A DNA stretch of 64,000 nt from the human T2T-CHM13v2.0 reference genome, Homo sapiens: the NCBI RefSeq assembly GCF_009914755.1, contig NC_060925.1; one strand, given 5' to 3'. Shown in pieces: positions 16,369-32,710 of this stretch. Both the position numbers and the translations under genes were made by a program. How positions within the stretch are numbered: position 1 is the first letter of the stretch; each line of letters starts with the position of its first letter. The notes beneath the pieces were generated by a model. It did no database searches. It was not told the DNA's origin and saw only the letters and a list, made by a program, of their open reading frames with translations.

Positions 16369-18945
16369 TTAGGAGATGGTTGCTACAGTTTGCAACGGAA
16401 TGTTATTGTCTTTCTTCTTTTCTTTTTCTTTCTTTAGTATCTGTTGAGAGAGTTTATGAAGAAACCAGCCAACATCCTGGAGATCCTCAGGCCACCTCAA
16501 ATACTGCTGTTTCTGTACAAAGCCTCTGATGGATTGATGTTTCATCAACTGGTACTGGGACAAGGACCCAACCACCACCATGATGAGAGCACTGTTAAGG
16601 TCAGATAAGCACCTGCCCTGGGCATAACTGAAGGCTTCAAGGCACCAGCCATCTCTAAGGAAGTGTCTGCTCACAAGACAAACGATCTTTCTACTGTTCC
16701 AGATGGCATCCTGGATATTGGCAATGCGGTTTTCTCCTGGGACAAAGTCTCTTTCTTCAAAGCACAGGTTGAATCTGTTTTGGTCACTGTATTGAGTGTC
16801 CAGGTGTTTGAGCAAAGCATTCTGCACCCATGTGAAGTCTTTGCTGCTGAAGCACAAATAGGCATCATATTTGTACATATCAGGTTCTGTGCCCTGGGGA
16901 TGGTCCTTGAACACCAGTCTCTGGGCTGTCTTATAACAGATAAAACAGAAGCCCCGGAACTTTGTGACTGTGAGGATGGTCATGAGGAACAGAGTCAGAG
17001 TGACAGTGCATACAATGAAAAGGGAGAACTTTAGGGACTTTAAGACTTCCTCTTCATCACAACCTTCCGTGGAAAGAGAGAAGAGGGAAACCCCAGAGAA
17101 CGAGTCAGGGTACACACAATATATGTCTGCAGGAGGCCCAGCTATAGTGACATTGGTGTGATTAAGCCAATTGATAAAAGTGCTAAGTTCACATTCACAA
17201 ATGAACTTGTTATGAGTTATATCCAAGACACTAAGTGATACAAATACATCAGGATTAGGAGCTAGGAGCTGGTTCCTGGATATGTCCAGGATCTCTAAAT
17301 TAGCAGGTAAATCATTGTGAGAAAGAACTGTCAGCCTGTTGGAGTTGAGGCTTAGTCCCCTTAATGCAGTCAGATGGCTAAATACTCCTGGTGGAAGGGA
17401 ATTAAGATAGTTATGATTCAAATACAGAACTTGAAGATGAGAAAGTCCCTCAAAAACATCCCAACAGAGCTCAGTTTCCCAGGCAAGTTGCAACATATTT
17501 TCTCCAAGGAAAAGCTGTTCTAAGCTGGGATTCTCTGAAGGGGTTTGATCTCCACTACAGGAGGAGAAGCGATTTTGATTTAAAATGAGAATCTGGAGAT
17601 GAGGTACCCGTAGGAGAAAGTAGAGAATATCTAGATTTTCTAGCCTGTTTTCTGATAAGTGGATGAGGTTCGCTGTAAGGTTGATCTTTGGCAAAGTCAC
17701 TAGTTTATTGCCACTCAAGAAGATATCGGGTATGCTTGGAATAAAATGAATGGTTGTAAGAGCATTGTCTCGGAGATCCAAGGTCTGTAATTTTTCCAGG
17801 AATTTGAATGTTTGGTCTTGAATTATTGCAATGTGATTCTTTTGCAAATCAATGTAGGCTACCTTAGGTAGTCCATAGAAATTCGAACTGTAAAGTTCCC
17901 CCAGAAGGTTATATGACAAATTGAGAACTTGGAGGTTGTCAAGTCCGTAAAATGCTTCATCTGCAATCTTATTTATCTTGTTGTAGGCAAGGTTCAGAAC
18001 CTTCAAATCCTTGAGTGTCTCAAAGACTCGTGAGTTCAGGGAGAAGACAAACCCATGTGAAAGATCCAGGTGTCTCACTGAACTTCTGGCCAGGCCAGCA
18101 AATGTGTTCTGGTCAGGATCTTTGATGTTATGGAAGCCAAACCCGGCACCCATGATGTGGTGGGCAAGAATCAAAGAGAAGGCCTGGCTTTTGCTGATGG
18201 CATTGCTAAAGTTTCCTGTGATGTCCACTGTCCAGCCATTTCCAGAAACATCTAGTATCTCCAGCACCATGTTTCTGAATGGGTTCATACATTTTCCCCA
18301 GTCCACTGAGACTCTGCTATACAAGCTATTAGCTGCGAGGCTAAAAAAGGAGAGCGTTTTCCCTTGTAGGGGCTCGAGCTCATGTTCACATACAAGGAAT
18401 ATTTGGTTGGAGGAAAAATCTATGGACTTTAAGGAATTCAACTTCCCAAATGAAGGATGAAGGTAAAGGCTACGAATCTGATTTTTGGATAGATCCAAGC
18501 GAGTTAAAGCCTTTAAATTTCTGAAATAACCATCTTTCAATACAGCATCAGAGAGACCACAGAAATACAGTCTAAGTTCAAACAGATGGAACAGTCCCTG
18601 AAAAGCATCTGGATGCAAGAAGTATATCTTACTACTTCCCAGGTCCAAGATTCTAAGGTTGGGCAGGTTTCTGAAGGCCTCCTTGTCAATAGTCAAGGGG
18701 GTATACTGGCTCCCGAGCTCCAGCAGCTGCAGCTGTTCCAGAAAGGGGAAGGATGAAGCAGTGACTGTCCTGATATAGTTGAAGCTCAGCAGGAGCCTCT
18801 CAGTGGTGTTGAGGACCTGGGGGACCTGGGTGAGGTTGCAGAAACGATAAAAGGCTATTCGGCCATCAAAGGAGCAGGAAGGAATTCCAAACACAGGACC
18901 GGCCATGAGCACCACTCCTAGGAGAAGGTCCAGGTGGTCTCCCAT
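16369..18945 (-). CDS. TLR5: Toll-like receptor 5, 858 aa, single coding exon (signal peptide, LRR ectodomain, TM ~16966-17028, TIR ~16435-16875)
   Basis: The ORF translates to MGDHLDLLLGVVLMAGPVFG...PLQTVATIS, with many LxxLxLxxN repeats, LRR-CT (NKFICECEL), a hydrophobic TM and TIR box motifs (YDAYLCFS, EERDFVPG). The ATG at 18945 has a strong Kozak context (ATCATGG) and lies 4 nt inside a splice acceptor. Confidence 0.99.
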   Translation of the reverse strand: MGDHLDLLLGVVLMAGPVFGIPSCSFDGRIAFYRFCNLTQVPQVLNTTERLLLSFNYIRTVTASSFPFLEQLQLLELGSQYTPLTIDKEAFRNLPNLRILDLGSSKIYFLHPDAFQGLFHLFELRLYFCGLSDAVLKDGYFRNLKALTRLDLSKNQIRSLYLHPSFGKLNSLKSIDFSSNQIFLVCEHELEPLQGKTLSFFSLAANSLYSRVSVDWGKCMNPFRNMVLEILDVSGNGWTVDITGNFSNAISKSQAFSLILAHHIMGAGFGFHNIKDPDQNTFAGLARSSVRHLDLSHGFVFSLNSRVFETLKDLKVLNLAYNKINKIADEAFYGLDNLQVLNLSYNLLGELYSSNFYGLPKVAYIDLQKNHIAIIQDQTFKFLEKLQTLDLRDNALTTIHFIPSIPDIFLSGNKLVTLPKINLTANLIHLSENRLENLDILYFLLRVPHLQILILNQNRFSSCSGDQTPSENPSLEQLFLGENMLQLAWETELCWDVFEGLSHLQVLYLNHNYLNSLPPGVFSHLTALRGLSLNSNRLTVLSHNDLPANLEILDISRNQLLAPNPDVFVSLSVLDITHNKFICECELSTFINWLNHTNVTIAGPPADIYCVYPDSFSGVSLFSLSTEGCDEEEVLKSLKFSLFIVCTVTLTLFLMTILTVTKFRGFCFICYKTAQRLVFKDHPQGTEPDMYKYDAYLCFSSKDFTWVQNALLKHLDTQYSDQNRFNLCFEERDFVPGENRIANIQDAIWNSRKIVCLVSRHFLRDGWCLEAFSYAQGRCLSDLNSALIMVVVGSLSQYQLMKHQSIRGFVQKQQYLRWPEDLQDVGWFLHKLSQQILKKEKEKKKDNNIPLQTVATIS

Positions 18946-18948
18946 GAT

Positions 18949-18980
18949 CCTATGGAGAAGAAGGGAGAATGAAAACACAG
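18949..18980 (-). other. TLR5: Splice acceptor of the TLR5 coding exon (exon starts 18949)
   Basis: Minus strand reads gtgttttcattctcccttcttctccatag|GATCATGG: polypyrimidine tract plus AG at 18951-18950. Confidence 0.95.
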
Positions 18981-19056
18981 GCATTTAAGCTCGAGGTATT
19001 GCACTGGGGTCTTCAGATCTTGGGGGTATTCTCTATGATGTGCCTGCTCCCTTTGA

Positions 19057-19419
<363 letters not shown>

Positions 19420-19519
19420 TATTCTTGCTCTCTATCAAACACTTACGTTGAATTTTCTGTATACTAGGCACTATTCTAGGTACTTAAAAAACATTTCACT
19501 TAATCTTTTCTTTTAAAAA

Positions 19520-19672
19520 AATTTTATTTATTATTCTAAATTAAAATAAAAATATAGAGATGGGGGTCTCGCTTTGTTGCCCATGCTGGTCTTCAACTCC
19601 TGAGCTCAAGCGATCCTCCTACCTTGGCCTCCCAACATGCTGGGATTACAGGCATGAGCCACTGCACCCTGC
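19520..19672 (-). mobile_element. FLAM / Alu monomer within a MIR remnant
   Basis: Left-arm-only Alu sequence. Confidence 0.75.
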
Positions 19673-20639
19673 CTTCACTTAATCCTTATAATAACTCTAT
19701 GTTTCTTCATTCATTCGTTTGTTTATTCATTCATGATTTGCTGAGGGGAGGTGGAGAAAACAGCAGGAAGAGACACAATGTTGCTTCACTTCAGCCGGGT
19801 ACCCCGTTCCTAGCCCACAGAAAGCTCGGCTGATGAGTGGAAAATAAATTCACTGTTTTTCTCCCTTAATTTGTCTAGGCTACTGGCCCATCTCCATTTA
19901 TCCGACCTTACTCCACACACAGTCCATCCCATCATGCAGAAATTGGGCACTTTCTGGCACCCCACAAAGAGCCAGATGTGATCGGTTTAATAAAAGTGTG
20001 ATAAGTGCCTAGTGCTCGCCTGGCAGCTGTGTGATTGTGTGAGTGTACGACAATAAACAGAGACTGGCCCACTTGCTTAAGTCCTGTCGGGGAGCTAACC
20101 ATCTGTCTGGGTTGAGTGTTTTTTTCATGGGTGCAGCAGAAATGGTGCTCAATGAACGTGTCTGGCTTATGTTCCAAGTATTGTGCTGGGTGCTATGAAG
20201 AGAAAACACACAAGGACCCCACCTGCAGAGAGCTTGGTGTCTATTATTTGCACAGCACCTCCATCTTTGGTGCCTACTATGCATTCCATTTGCTTTAAAT
20301 GTAATGAAAGGCCTCTGTTGGAAGGTAAAGGAAGAGTTATATAGCTCAGAGGGCAGGAGAATGAGAGGAAAAATAAATGAAAGAAATAGGAAGAAGGCAA
20401 TGGTTTATAAAGAGCATGAATCCCATGAGACACCATCACTGGCAAAAGTGTCAACACCAGGAGAGATTAAGCCTGGAGCAGTCACGGTGCTGGAGGTGGG
20501 CTAGCTCTGACGAGGTTGTGCTTTGTGCTGGGGCTGATGTATGGTGGGGTTTCCACAGAAACTGGGAGGCTGTGGCACACAAGCTACAGCAAATCAGAAG
20601 TAGGCATGGATGCCTGGATTGACTCAAAGTTTCAAACTC

Positions 20640-21830
<1,191 letters not shown>

Positions 21831-22083
21831 ACACATGGTACGCATTCCAAACTCTTTCCAGCCTCAGGACCTTCGCAAGTGCTGCTTCCTTCATGTGAAC
21901 CCTCTTCTCTCTGCTCTTACTGCGGCGAGATCTCACATCAGTGTTTCCACAGCGAGACTTCTCCTGCACACACTATTTGAAATAAATCCCCTGCCGTGTT
22001 ACTCTTTCAAAAACCATCTTATTTCCATCAAAGCAATGATCACAAGCCCTTACTTGTCTTGTCTATTTGCTTATTTATCATAC

Positions 22084-23409
22084 TGTGTCCGAAATTGGTG
22101 GGTTCCTGGTCTCACTGACTTCAAGAGTGAAGTCGTGGACCCTCACGGTGAGTGTTACAGTTCTTAAAGGTGGTGTGTCTGGGGTTTGTTCCTTCTGATG
22201 TTTGGACGTGTTTGGAGTTTCTTCCTTCTGGGGGGCTCATGGCCTCGCTGGCTTCAGGAGTGAATCTATAGACCTTCACGGTGAGTGTTACAGCTCTTAA
22301 GGTGGCGCGTCTGGAGTTGTTCATTCTTCCCATCCGGAGTTGTTCATTCCTCCCTGTGGGTTCATGGTCTTGCTGGCCTCAGGAATTAAGCTGCAGACCT
22401 TCACAGTGAGTGTTACAGCTCATAAATGTAGTGCAGACCCAAAGAGCGAGCGGCAGCAAGATTTACTGCAAAGAGCAAAAGAACAAACCTTCCACGGTGT
22501 GAAAGACGACCGCAGTGGGCTGCCACTGCTGGCCGCCGCAGCCTGCTTTTATTTCCTTATCTGGCCCCACCGACATCCTGCTTATTGGTCCATTTTACAC
22601 AGAGCTGATTGGTCTGTTTTACAAAGAGCTGATTGGTCCGTTTTGACAGGGTGCTGATTGGTGCATTTACAATAGATTAGCTAGACACAGAGCACTGATT
22701 AGTGCATTTACAAACCTTGAGCTAGACACAGGGTGCTGATTGGTGTATTTACAATCCTCTACCTAGACATAAAAGTTCTCCAAGTCCCCACCTGACTCAG
22801 GAGCCCAGCTGGCTTTGCCTAGTGGATCCCGCGTCAGGGCTAGGGGCAGAGCTGCCCACCAGTCCCACCCCATGTGCCTGTGCTCTTCAGTCCTTGGGTG
22901 GTCGATGGGACCGGGCGCCGTGGAGCAGGGGGCGGCGCCCGTTGGGGAGGCTTGGCCGCGTGAGAGCCCACCACAGGGGGACTCGGGTATGGCGGGCTGC
23001 AGGTCCCGAGCCCTGCCCTGCAGGCAGGCGGCTGAGGCCCGTCGAGAATTCGAGTGTGGCGCCGGCGGGGCCGGCAGTGCTGGGGGACCCGGGGCCCCCT
23101 TCGCAGCTCCTGGCCCGGGTGCTAAGCCCCTCACTGCCCCTGGCTGCTCCGAGTTAGGGCCTGCCAAGCCCACGCCCACCCAGAATTCGCGCTGGCCCGT
23201 GAGCACCCCAGCCCTGGTTCCTGCCTGTGCCTCTCCCTCCACACCTCCCAGCAAGCAGAGGGATCCTGCTCCGGCCTCAGCCAGCCCAGAGAGGGCCTCC
23301 CACAGTGCACCGGTGGGCTGAAGGGCTCCTCAAGCACGGCCAGAGTGGGCAGTGAGGCTGAGGAGGCACCGAGAGTGAGCGAGGGCTGCCAGCACGCTGT
23401 CACCTCTCA
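22084..23409 (-). mobile_element. LTR12 (ERV9; LTR12C/D-like) solo LTR, same orientation as TLR5
   Basis: Minus strand starts TGAGAGGTGACAGCGTGCTGGCAG and ends CGGACACA; GC-rich U3, tandem CCAATCAG repeats, GTAACACTCAC repeats; 4-bp TSD ATAC on both sides. Confidence 0.95.
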
Positions 23410-23479
23410 ATACTTATCATCTCTGTCCCCTGGTAGACTATATTCTCCATACAGCAAACAGAAAGAAGCATGGTGTTCA

Positions 23480-23512
<33 letters not shown>

Positions 23513-24178
23513 AAAGGAAAGAGTATGTTGAATGAACAACACTGCCATCAACAGAAAGATAAAGGGATTGGATCTGTTCGAGGACCTTTGCCTCAGTGCA
23601 TTTTATCTGTAACACTCTAAAAGCCGTGGCTCTTGATGGGGACAGCTGCCTCCTAGGAAACTGTAATTTTGCAGGGATGATTTTTGGTTGTCACAGTGAT
23701 AGGGGTGGGTATCACCCCTGTAATCAAGATGTCATGATAATGTATGTCAATGAAAAGAGCCAAACTGTAAAATATTTGAAGAGATTTATTCTGAGCTAAA
23801 TATGAGTGCCACATATGTGATTCTCCACACAGGCACTGGCCATCATGAAGTGATTTTCCGAAATGGTGAATAACGCTGTCAATAAAAAAGAGTCAAACTC
23901 TGTAAAATATTTAAAGAGGTTTATTCCAAGCCAAATGTGAGGACCACGACCTGTGACACAGCCCTCAGGAGACCCTGAGAACATGTGCCCAAGGTGGTCA
24001 GGGTGCAGCTTGGTTTTATACATTTTTGGGAGACATGAGACATCAGTCAGATACATTTAAGATATACATTGGTCTGGTCCAGAAGCATGAGACAACTGGA
24101 GGGGCGAGGGAGCTTCCAATTTATAGGTAGATTTAAAATTTTTCTAATTGGCAATTGGTTGAAAGAGTTATCAATAGA

Positions 24179-24478
<300 letters not shown>

Positions 24479-24735
24479 TTATCAATAGGGAAGAATGTCT
24501 GGGTTGTGATAAGAGGTTGTGGAGTCCAAAGTTTGATCATGCAGATGAAGCCTCCAGGTAGCAGGCTACAGAGAATATAATATAAATGCCTCTCATCAGA
24601 CTTAAGGTCTGTGTTGATGTTAATGCTGACGGGTATAATGAGGCATTTTCAGCCTCCACTTCCCATCATGGCCTAAACCAGACTTTTAGGTTAAATTTTA
24701 GAGTGCCCTGACCTAGAAGGAAGTCCATTCAGATG

Positions 24736-25086
<351 letters not shown>

Positions 25087-25343
25087 TTAATTTTTGGTTG
25101 ACACGTGCATGACAGTCCCGTACCATGCAGAATCAGCCAGCATCCACACAGCTGTAGGATGTCCTGCCCAAAGTCCCCAAGGGTCAAAAACTTGCTCAAA
25201 ATTACCTCAGAACCTAACTTTGTGTTACATGCTAACAAAATAGTTTTTGCACGGTTTTAATATATACTGAATTTTTCAGGAATGCAACTACTGTGTCAAT
25301 CTAGGAAAGACTACCTTGTTTAGTTTGGACCTTAATAAAGTGT

Positions 25344-26654
<1,311 letters not shown>

Positions 26655-26827
26655 GTGTTATTCACCATTTCAGAAAATCACTTCATGATGGCCAGTGCCT
26701 CTGTGGAGAATCAAACAATGTCACAAACAGTGCCCATCTGCATCATATGGTGGTAGCATTTATGTGTGAGCAAATTTACTTAGTCCTCATTTCAAAATGT
26801 CAAGTGTAATAAAAAAGTTTGAGAAGA

Positions 26828-27149
<322 letters not shown>

Positions 27150-27552
27150 TTACTTCTCCTAAATCCAAGCATCTTCTTTATAAGTAGGTGTGAGTGTTTA
27201 ACTCATTTCATCTTCTAGTTGCACATAAGCATTCACACATTGAGACATGTACCAACTCATTATAAATTACTTCCCCTTTTATTTCTTTTTTATATCCAAG
27301 TTAGGACAGTATATTGATTTCTATAAAATTATGTATGTAGGTGGATTATGTTACAGCTATGAATGTCATTTCAAAATAATAAAGAGGTCATTTCAAATAT
27401 TTGTTATAAAACAGAGGCCTGGGTCTGACAGTGCTGCAGTGCCGAGAGGTAAAGCTTCCAGGTCTTTTTCCACATTCCTTACAGGCACTCTGATGACTAA
27501 AGCCAGGAATTCTGCGAATCCTATGTATTCTTTCCACCTACATAGTTTGTGA

Positions 27553-27839
27553 TTGTTTTGTTTTGAGACAGGGTCTCACTCTGCTGTCCAGGCTGGAGTG
27601 CAGTGGTGCGATTACAGCTCACTGCAGCCTTAATTTCCTGGGCTCAAGTGATCCTCCTACCTCAGCCTCCTGAATAGCTGGGACCACAGGTGCATACCAC
27701 CATGCTAGCTAATTTTTGTACTTTTTTTGTAGAGACAGGGTTTTGCCATATTGCCCAGAATGGTCTCGAACTCCTGGGCTCAAGCAATCAGCCCACCTCG
27801 GCCTCCCAAACTGCTGGGATTACAGGCATGTGCCTGGCC
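27553..27839 (-). mobile_element. Alu (J-type)
   Basis: Reverse dimer. Confidence 0.92.
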
Positions 27840-29911
27840 AGTGTTTGTTTCTTTTGTAGGTGATGAGATTGAGTAATGCAAACAAAGTAGCCACTTTCTG
27901 TCTCAGTGAATTTCTTGTGGCTTCAAATGGGCCTCAGAGCTAATGACCTTGTATTTATAGATGACACACACAGGCAGGAGGCTGCATTTTGGAAAATGGG
28001 ATAAAAGTTCAAAGTGATCTCAATAGATAAAATGAAGAATTATTGAAAGAAAATAGAAACCAATCAGGGCAGATGAGGGTGTTACAGTTCAGAAGAAACT
28101 CCTAAAGGCAAGCACCATCCCTCCTACCTCCAAGGTTTGGGACAGGCTTTCTCAGGTGCCATGGGAGGTGCTCTGCTCTGTCCCTGCCATCCTCAATTAC
28201 ACATTTAGCATTGACACCCCACAGTGTTCAATAATATCAAATATGCATCATGATGATAAACCAACCTAAAAAGGGCAGAATAGAATCTATGAAGAGAGGG
28301 ACAGATGTCACAATGGATGAGATGAGAGGCAGTTATTGCAATGGGCCCTAAATCCAGCTCCAGGGTTCCTGGCGTGCAATTGGAAGGCTGTGATTCTAGA
28401 AGCTGATATAATCCTGGGAGGCAGAGATAAGGGTGTGTGGTAGGAAGCATGAGCCCTTACTCAGTGGTACCTGGGGTGAAGAGTCTGAAGATGTACTTCA
28501 GATGAGACAAGAATAGTGGGGGAGAACAGGCCTTGACACCCAAGGAGGAAAATAAATGGTAATGGAAAGACCATATTTGTATTGGGTTCCACATAACCTT
28601 TTCCACATCTTATAGTATGAAGTAGATTCTGAAGTGCCCTAACAAGGCATGTAAGCATGTTGGCTTCATTGCTCACACCTAGGATGTTATGGTGGGCTCT
28701 CATGCTCAGTCACACTGCCCATAAGTAGACAACATGTTTTTAAACCTTTTGAAGTCTTGGACCCATTTGAGACTCTGATGATAGCTTTGATCCTTTTTCC
28801 TATAAAAATGCACATTTGCATCACAAACCAAATTTTGAACCCAGTTTCAGAGGATTTGCTGACTTCCTGAGGCCTGTCCATCTCCATGTCACATTGAGGA
28901 CCCTTAGTTTCTGTTAAACAATCACACTTTAGGCTCTAGAACAGGAGATAGAAAACATTTTCTCTAAAGGGCCAGAGGGTAAATATTTTAGGTTTTGCAG
29001 TCCAAACACAGACCGTAGTTTGCTGATCTCTATTCTAGAAGAAAAGAGAATAGAAAATTTGATTTCAGAAATGAGGATTTTAAGTGACTCTAAGATATAA
29101 ATATGTTCCAATATTGAACTACCAGTATTTGCAGGAAAGAACAAACTTGGACCCCAAGTTGCTGACAGTTTTGCAGCTGCTATTTTATCCAAACACGAGA
29201 AGGAAATTCTCATCTCATGAAACCAGAGAAATCCCTGCAGACATGGGAGTGAGAATGCCAGCTCTGAAGAACAGTTACATTTTTTAGTTTAAATTCTTTG
29301 TTTTTATGGATGACTCAATGCCGGTTCCCAAACATGCCACCAAACTGGGTGACCTTGAATTTGTGGTAAAGATAAGTGAAAGACAGCCCCAAACGAAATA
29401 TGTTCCAGGATACTGAATTTTCAAGTACCTAATAGGGAAGCTAAAATGAAAGTAAGTAAGTAAGGTGGATAAGGCCAGCTGAACAAATGGATGTGAAAGA
29501 ACATTGTCTGGGCTTATGTCGTATTACAAAGATACCACGCAGACAGATTTCTTTATGAAGTACAGAAAGGCATGAAATAACGAGATTTTTGTCTCTGAAG
29601 TAGATCTCTGTGGGTTAAATGGCAGGACAGGTGAGCAGAGGAACCAGGTGAGCAGGTGAGCAGAGGTGTGTGCAGCGAGGCAGTTCCTGCAGATAGCCTG
29701 GGAAGAAGTACCATCCAAAAAGAAGCCAGAGCTAAAGTGGGCGGAAGTAAATCTTGAATGAGCACTGGGATTGGGGAAATCCAATCTAAAGAGGAGAACC
29801 AGGCTGTGAAGTTGTTCCAGACCCAATCAAACCTCAGTGAGACGAGAGTTCAAGAACGGCGTCCACGCTGTTGAGGTTGCCGCTGCAAAGGCGCCCGACC
29901 CCAGCGGAGGA

Positions 29912-29930
29912 GTGCGCCATCTAGTGGTTA
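29912..29930 (-). promoter_or_regulatory. Candidate CTCF site
   Basis: Minus strand AACCACTAGATGGCGCAC is a near-consensus core in a local CpG-retaining patch. Confidence 0.7.
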
Positions 29931-30164
29931 TAGAGGGAGGAAAGAGAGGGACAGGAACTAAAATTCTCAAGGGGGCAGTGAGCTGCTCACTCATTGTTAA
30001 AAGGATGCTAAAAAGCAATGTGTATAATTACATCTACAGTTAGTTCTTCTATCAGGTGACATACATTCCTTTTTACAAGTCATTACACTATGCAAAATCA
30101 CACAATAAAAACCACAAGGCTCATGGGAAAAATAGAGCTAGGGTGTTTCACACTTGAAAACTTA

Positions 30165-30932
<768 letters not shown>

Positions 30933-31523
30933 AGTGAGTTATTGTGAATGGGGGAAGAAGGGTTGTTTGATATCAGAGGGGAAGTTACAGCAACAGATGT
31001 GGGTGCATGTGGCTCAAATCACACATGGAGAATGAGGTAGCTGACTAATATTGGAGGTGTATTTTGTGTATTCTTTTGTGTTTTGGCACAGCTGGGTGCA
31101 GTTTTCTGCCTTTACATGCAAGAAATTGCACATAAGCAAATGTGAAATTCACATTCTTGAATATGTTAATATTATTCTCCAGCATATCAATAGTCTTCCC
31201 TAACACATTAATATTGTTCCCTAATACATCAATCACGTTAGAAACAAATTTACATTCCAAAACAAGCATTATAGCAGCACTGACTACACTCTAATTCAAG
31301 GATTACAGTTCAAATTAAGAGTAGAAAAGATGCAGGTTCTATATAAGATTCTACCCCCTGCACCTGCAAGGCTGAGTATGGAGAACCCGTGGGACTGTCT
31401 TGAAAATCAGCCCTGGGAATGAGTGCAGACTCAGAACCTAACGAGCTCAGGGACTTGGGCAGAGTGTGTCACCTTTCACACTCTCAGTGTTCTCATGTTT
31501 CATTGAAAGACTTAACAAGATTA

Positions 31524-32710
31524 GTAGCTCTCAGCCTTGGCTACACACTAGAATCACCTGGGAAGTCTTCAGACCCAGGAAGCCCAGACTGACCACAGAT
31601 GCATTAAATGAGCCTCTTTGGGATTGGCGGTGGTTGGTGGTGATGGTGGTGGCGGTGGGGGTTGTGGTGTTGGTGGGGGGGTGGTGGTGTGCTCTCTCAG
31701 GAATCTGTATCCTTAGCCATTGTGTGAATTTTATACACACTCAAATTTGAGAATCACTGATGGAAACCAATGGTTCTCAAACTTGGCTACACACTGGAAT
31801 CACCAGGAGACTTTAAAAAATTACAAATTTAGTTGGTGTGGAGTGTGGCTTGGGCATCCAGGGTTGTTCAGAGTCTTCAGGTGACTCCACCAGCAGAGAG
31901 TCTGATCACCTGGTCTTCTGGCTGCAACCCTGACTGCAGCTTAGAACCATGTGGGCTGCTTAAAAACAGTACTGACTCAAAAAATGAAACACAGAACTAA
32001 CTGTCGCATGACCCAGCAATTCCACTTCTGGGTGTACACCCAAAAGAACTGGAAGCAGAAGCTCAACAGATATTTGCACACCAATATTCATAGCAGTATC
32101 ACTCACAATAGTCAAAGGGTGGAAACAACCCAAATATCCACCAATGAATGAATAAATGAACAAAATTTGTTGTCTATATAATGGGATATTTTTCGGCCTT
32201 AAAAAGGAATGGAATTCTGACACACGGTACAAGACGGATGAACTTTGAAGACATTATGCTGAGTAAAATAAGCCAGTCACAAAAGAACAAATATTGCATG
32301 AATCCACTTACAAGATATCTAGAATAGATAAATTCAGAGACAGGAAGCAGAGCAGAAGTTACCAGGGGCTGGGAGGGGAGGATGGGGAGTTAGCGTTTAA
32401 TGGGCAGAGTTTCAGTCTGGGATGATGAAAACATTCTGGAGACAAACAGTAGTGAATGTACTTAATGTCACTGAACTGTCTGCCTAAAAATTATTAAAAT
32501 GGACATTTTTTATAAAATGAAAATTATATGTCTATTTTACCACAATTAAAAAAATTAAATTAAACCCCCAAAACCCACTACAAATACCCAAACTGGACTT
32601 CTCAATATTCCAGTTCCACAGGCCTCTGAGGCCTGGAAAGTGCATTTTATAGCCATATCCCAGTTACTCTGAAGCTAGTGGTCTCAGGCCATGCTCTGAG
32701 AAGTGTTGGT
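31524..32710 (+). mobile_element. Cluster of three MER5-type hAT MITEs; the third is split by an L1MB 3' fragment (~31980-32560)
   Basis: Repeated ttggctacacact(a/g)gaatcacc starts and tgagaatcactg-type ends; L1 motifs gacccagcaattccacttctggg ... tattttaccacaatt. Confidence 0.7.

Noticed and set aside
16663-18460. Antisense ORFs (123, 65 and 149 aa) overlapping TLR5
   Set aside because: Shadow frames of the real CDS; no independent protein features.
18946-18984. 13-aa N-terminal extension (MPVFSFSLLLHRI) in the ORF track
   Set aside because: It is mostly the intronic polypyrimidine tract and acceptor; only translatable if the intron end were retained.
22590-22770. Regularly spaced short repeats superficially like a CRISPR array
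   Set aside because: These are the LTR12 CCAAT enhancer repeats; no unique spacers, and the DNA is human.
22763-23403. 160-170 aa ORFs on both strands
   Set aside because: GC-rich LTR12 U3 is naturally poor in stop codons.
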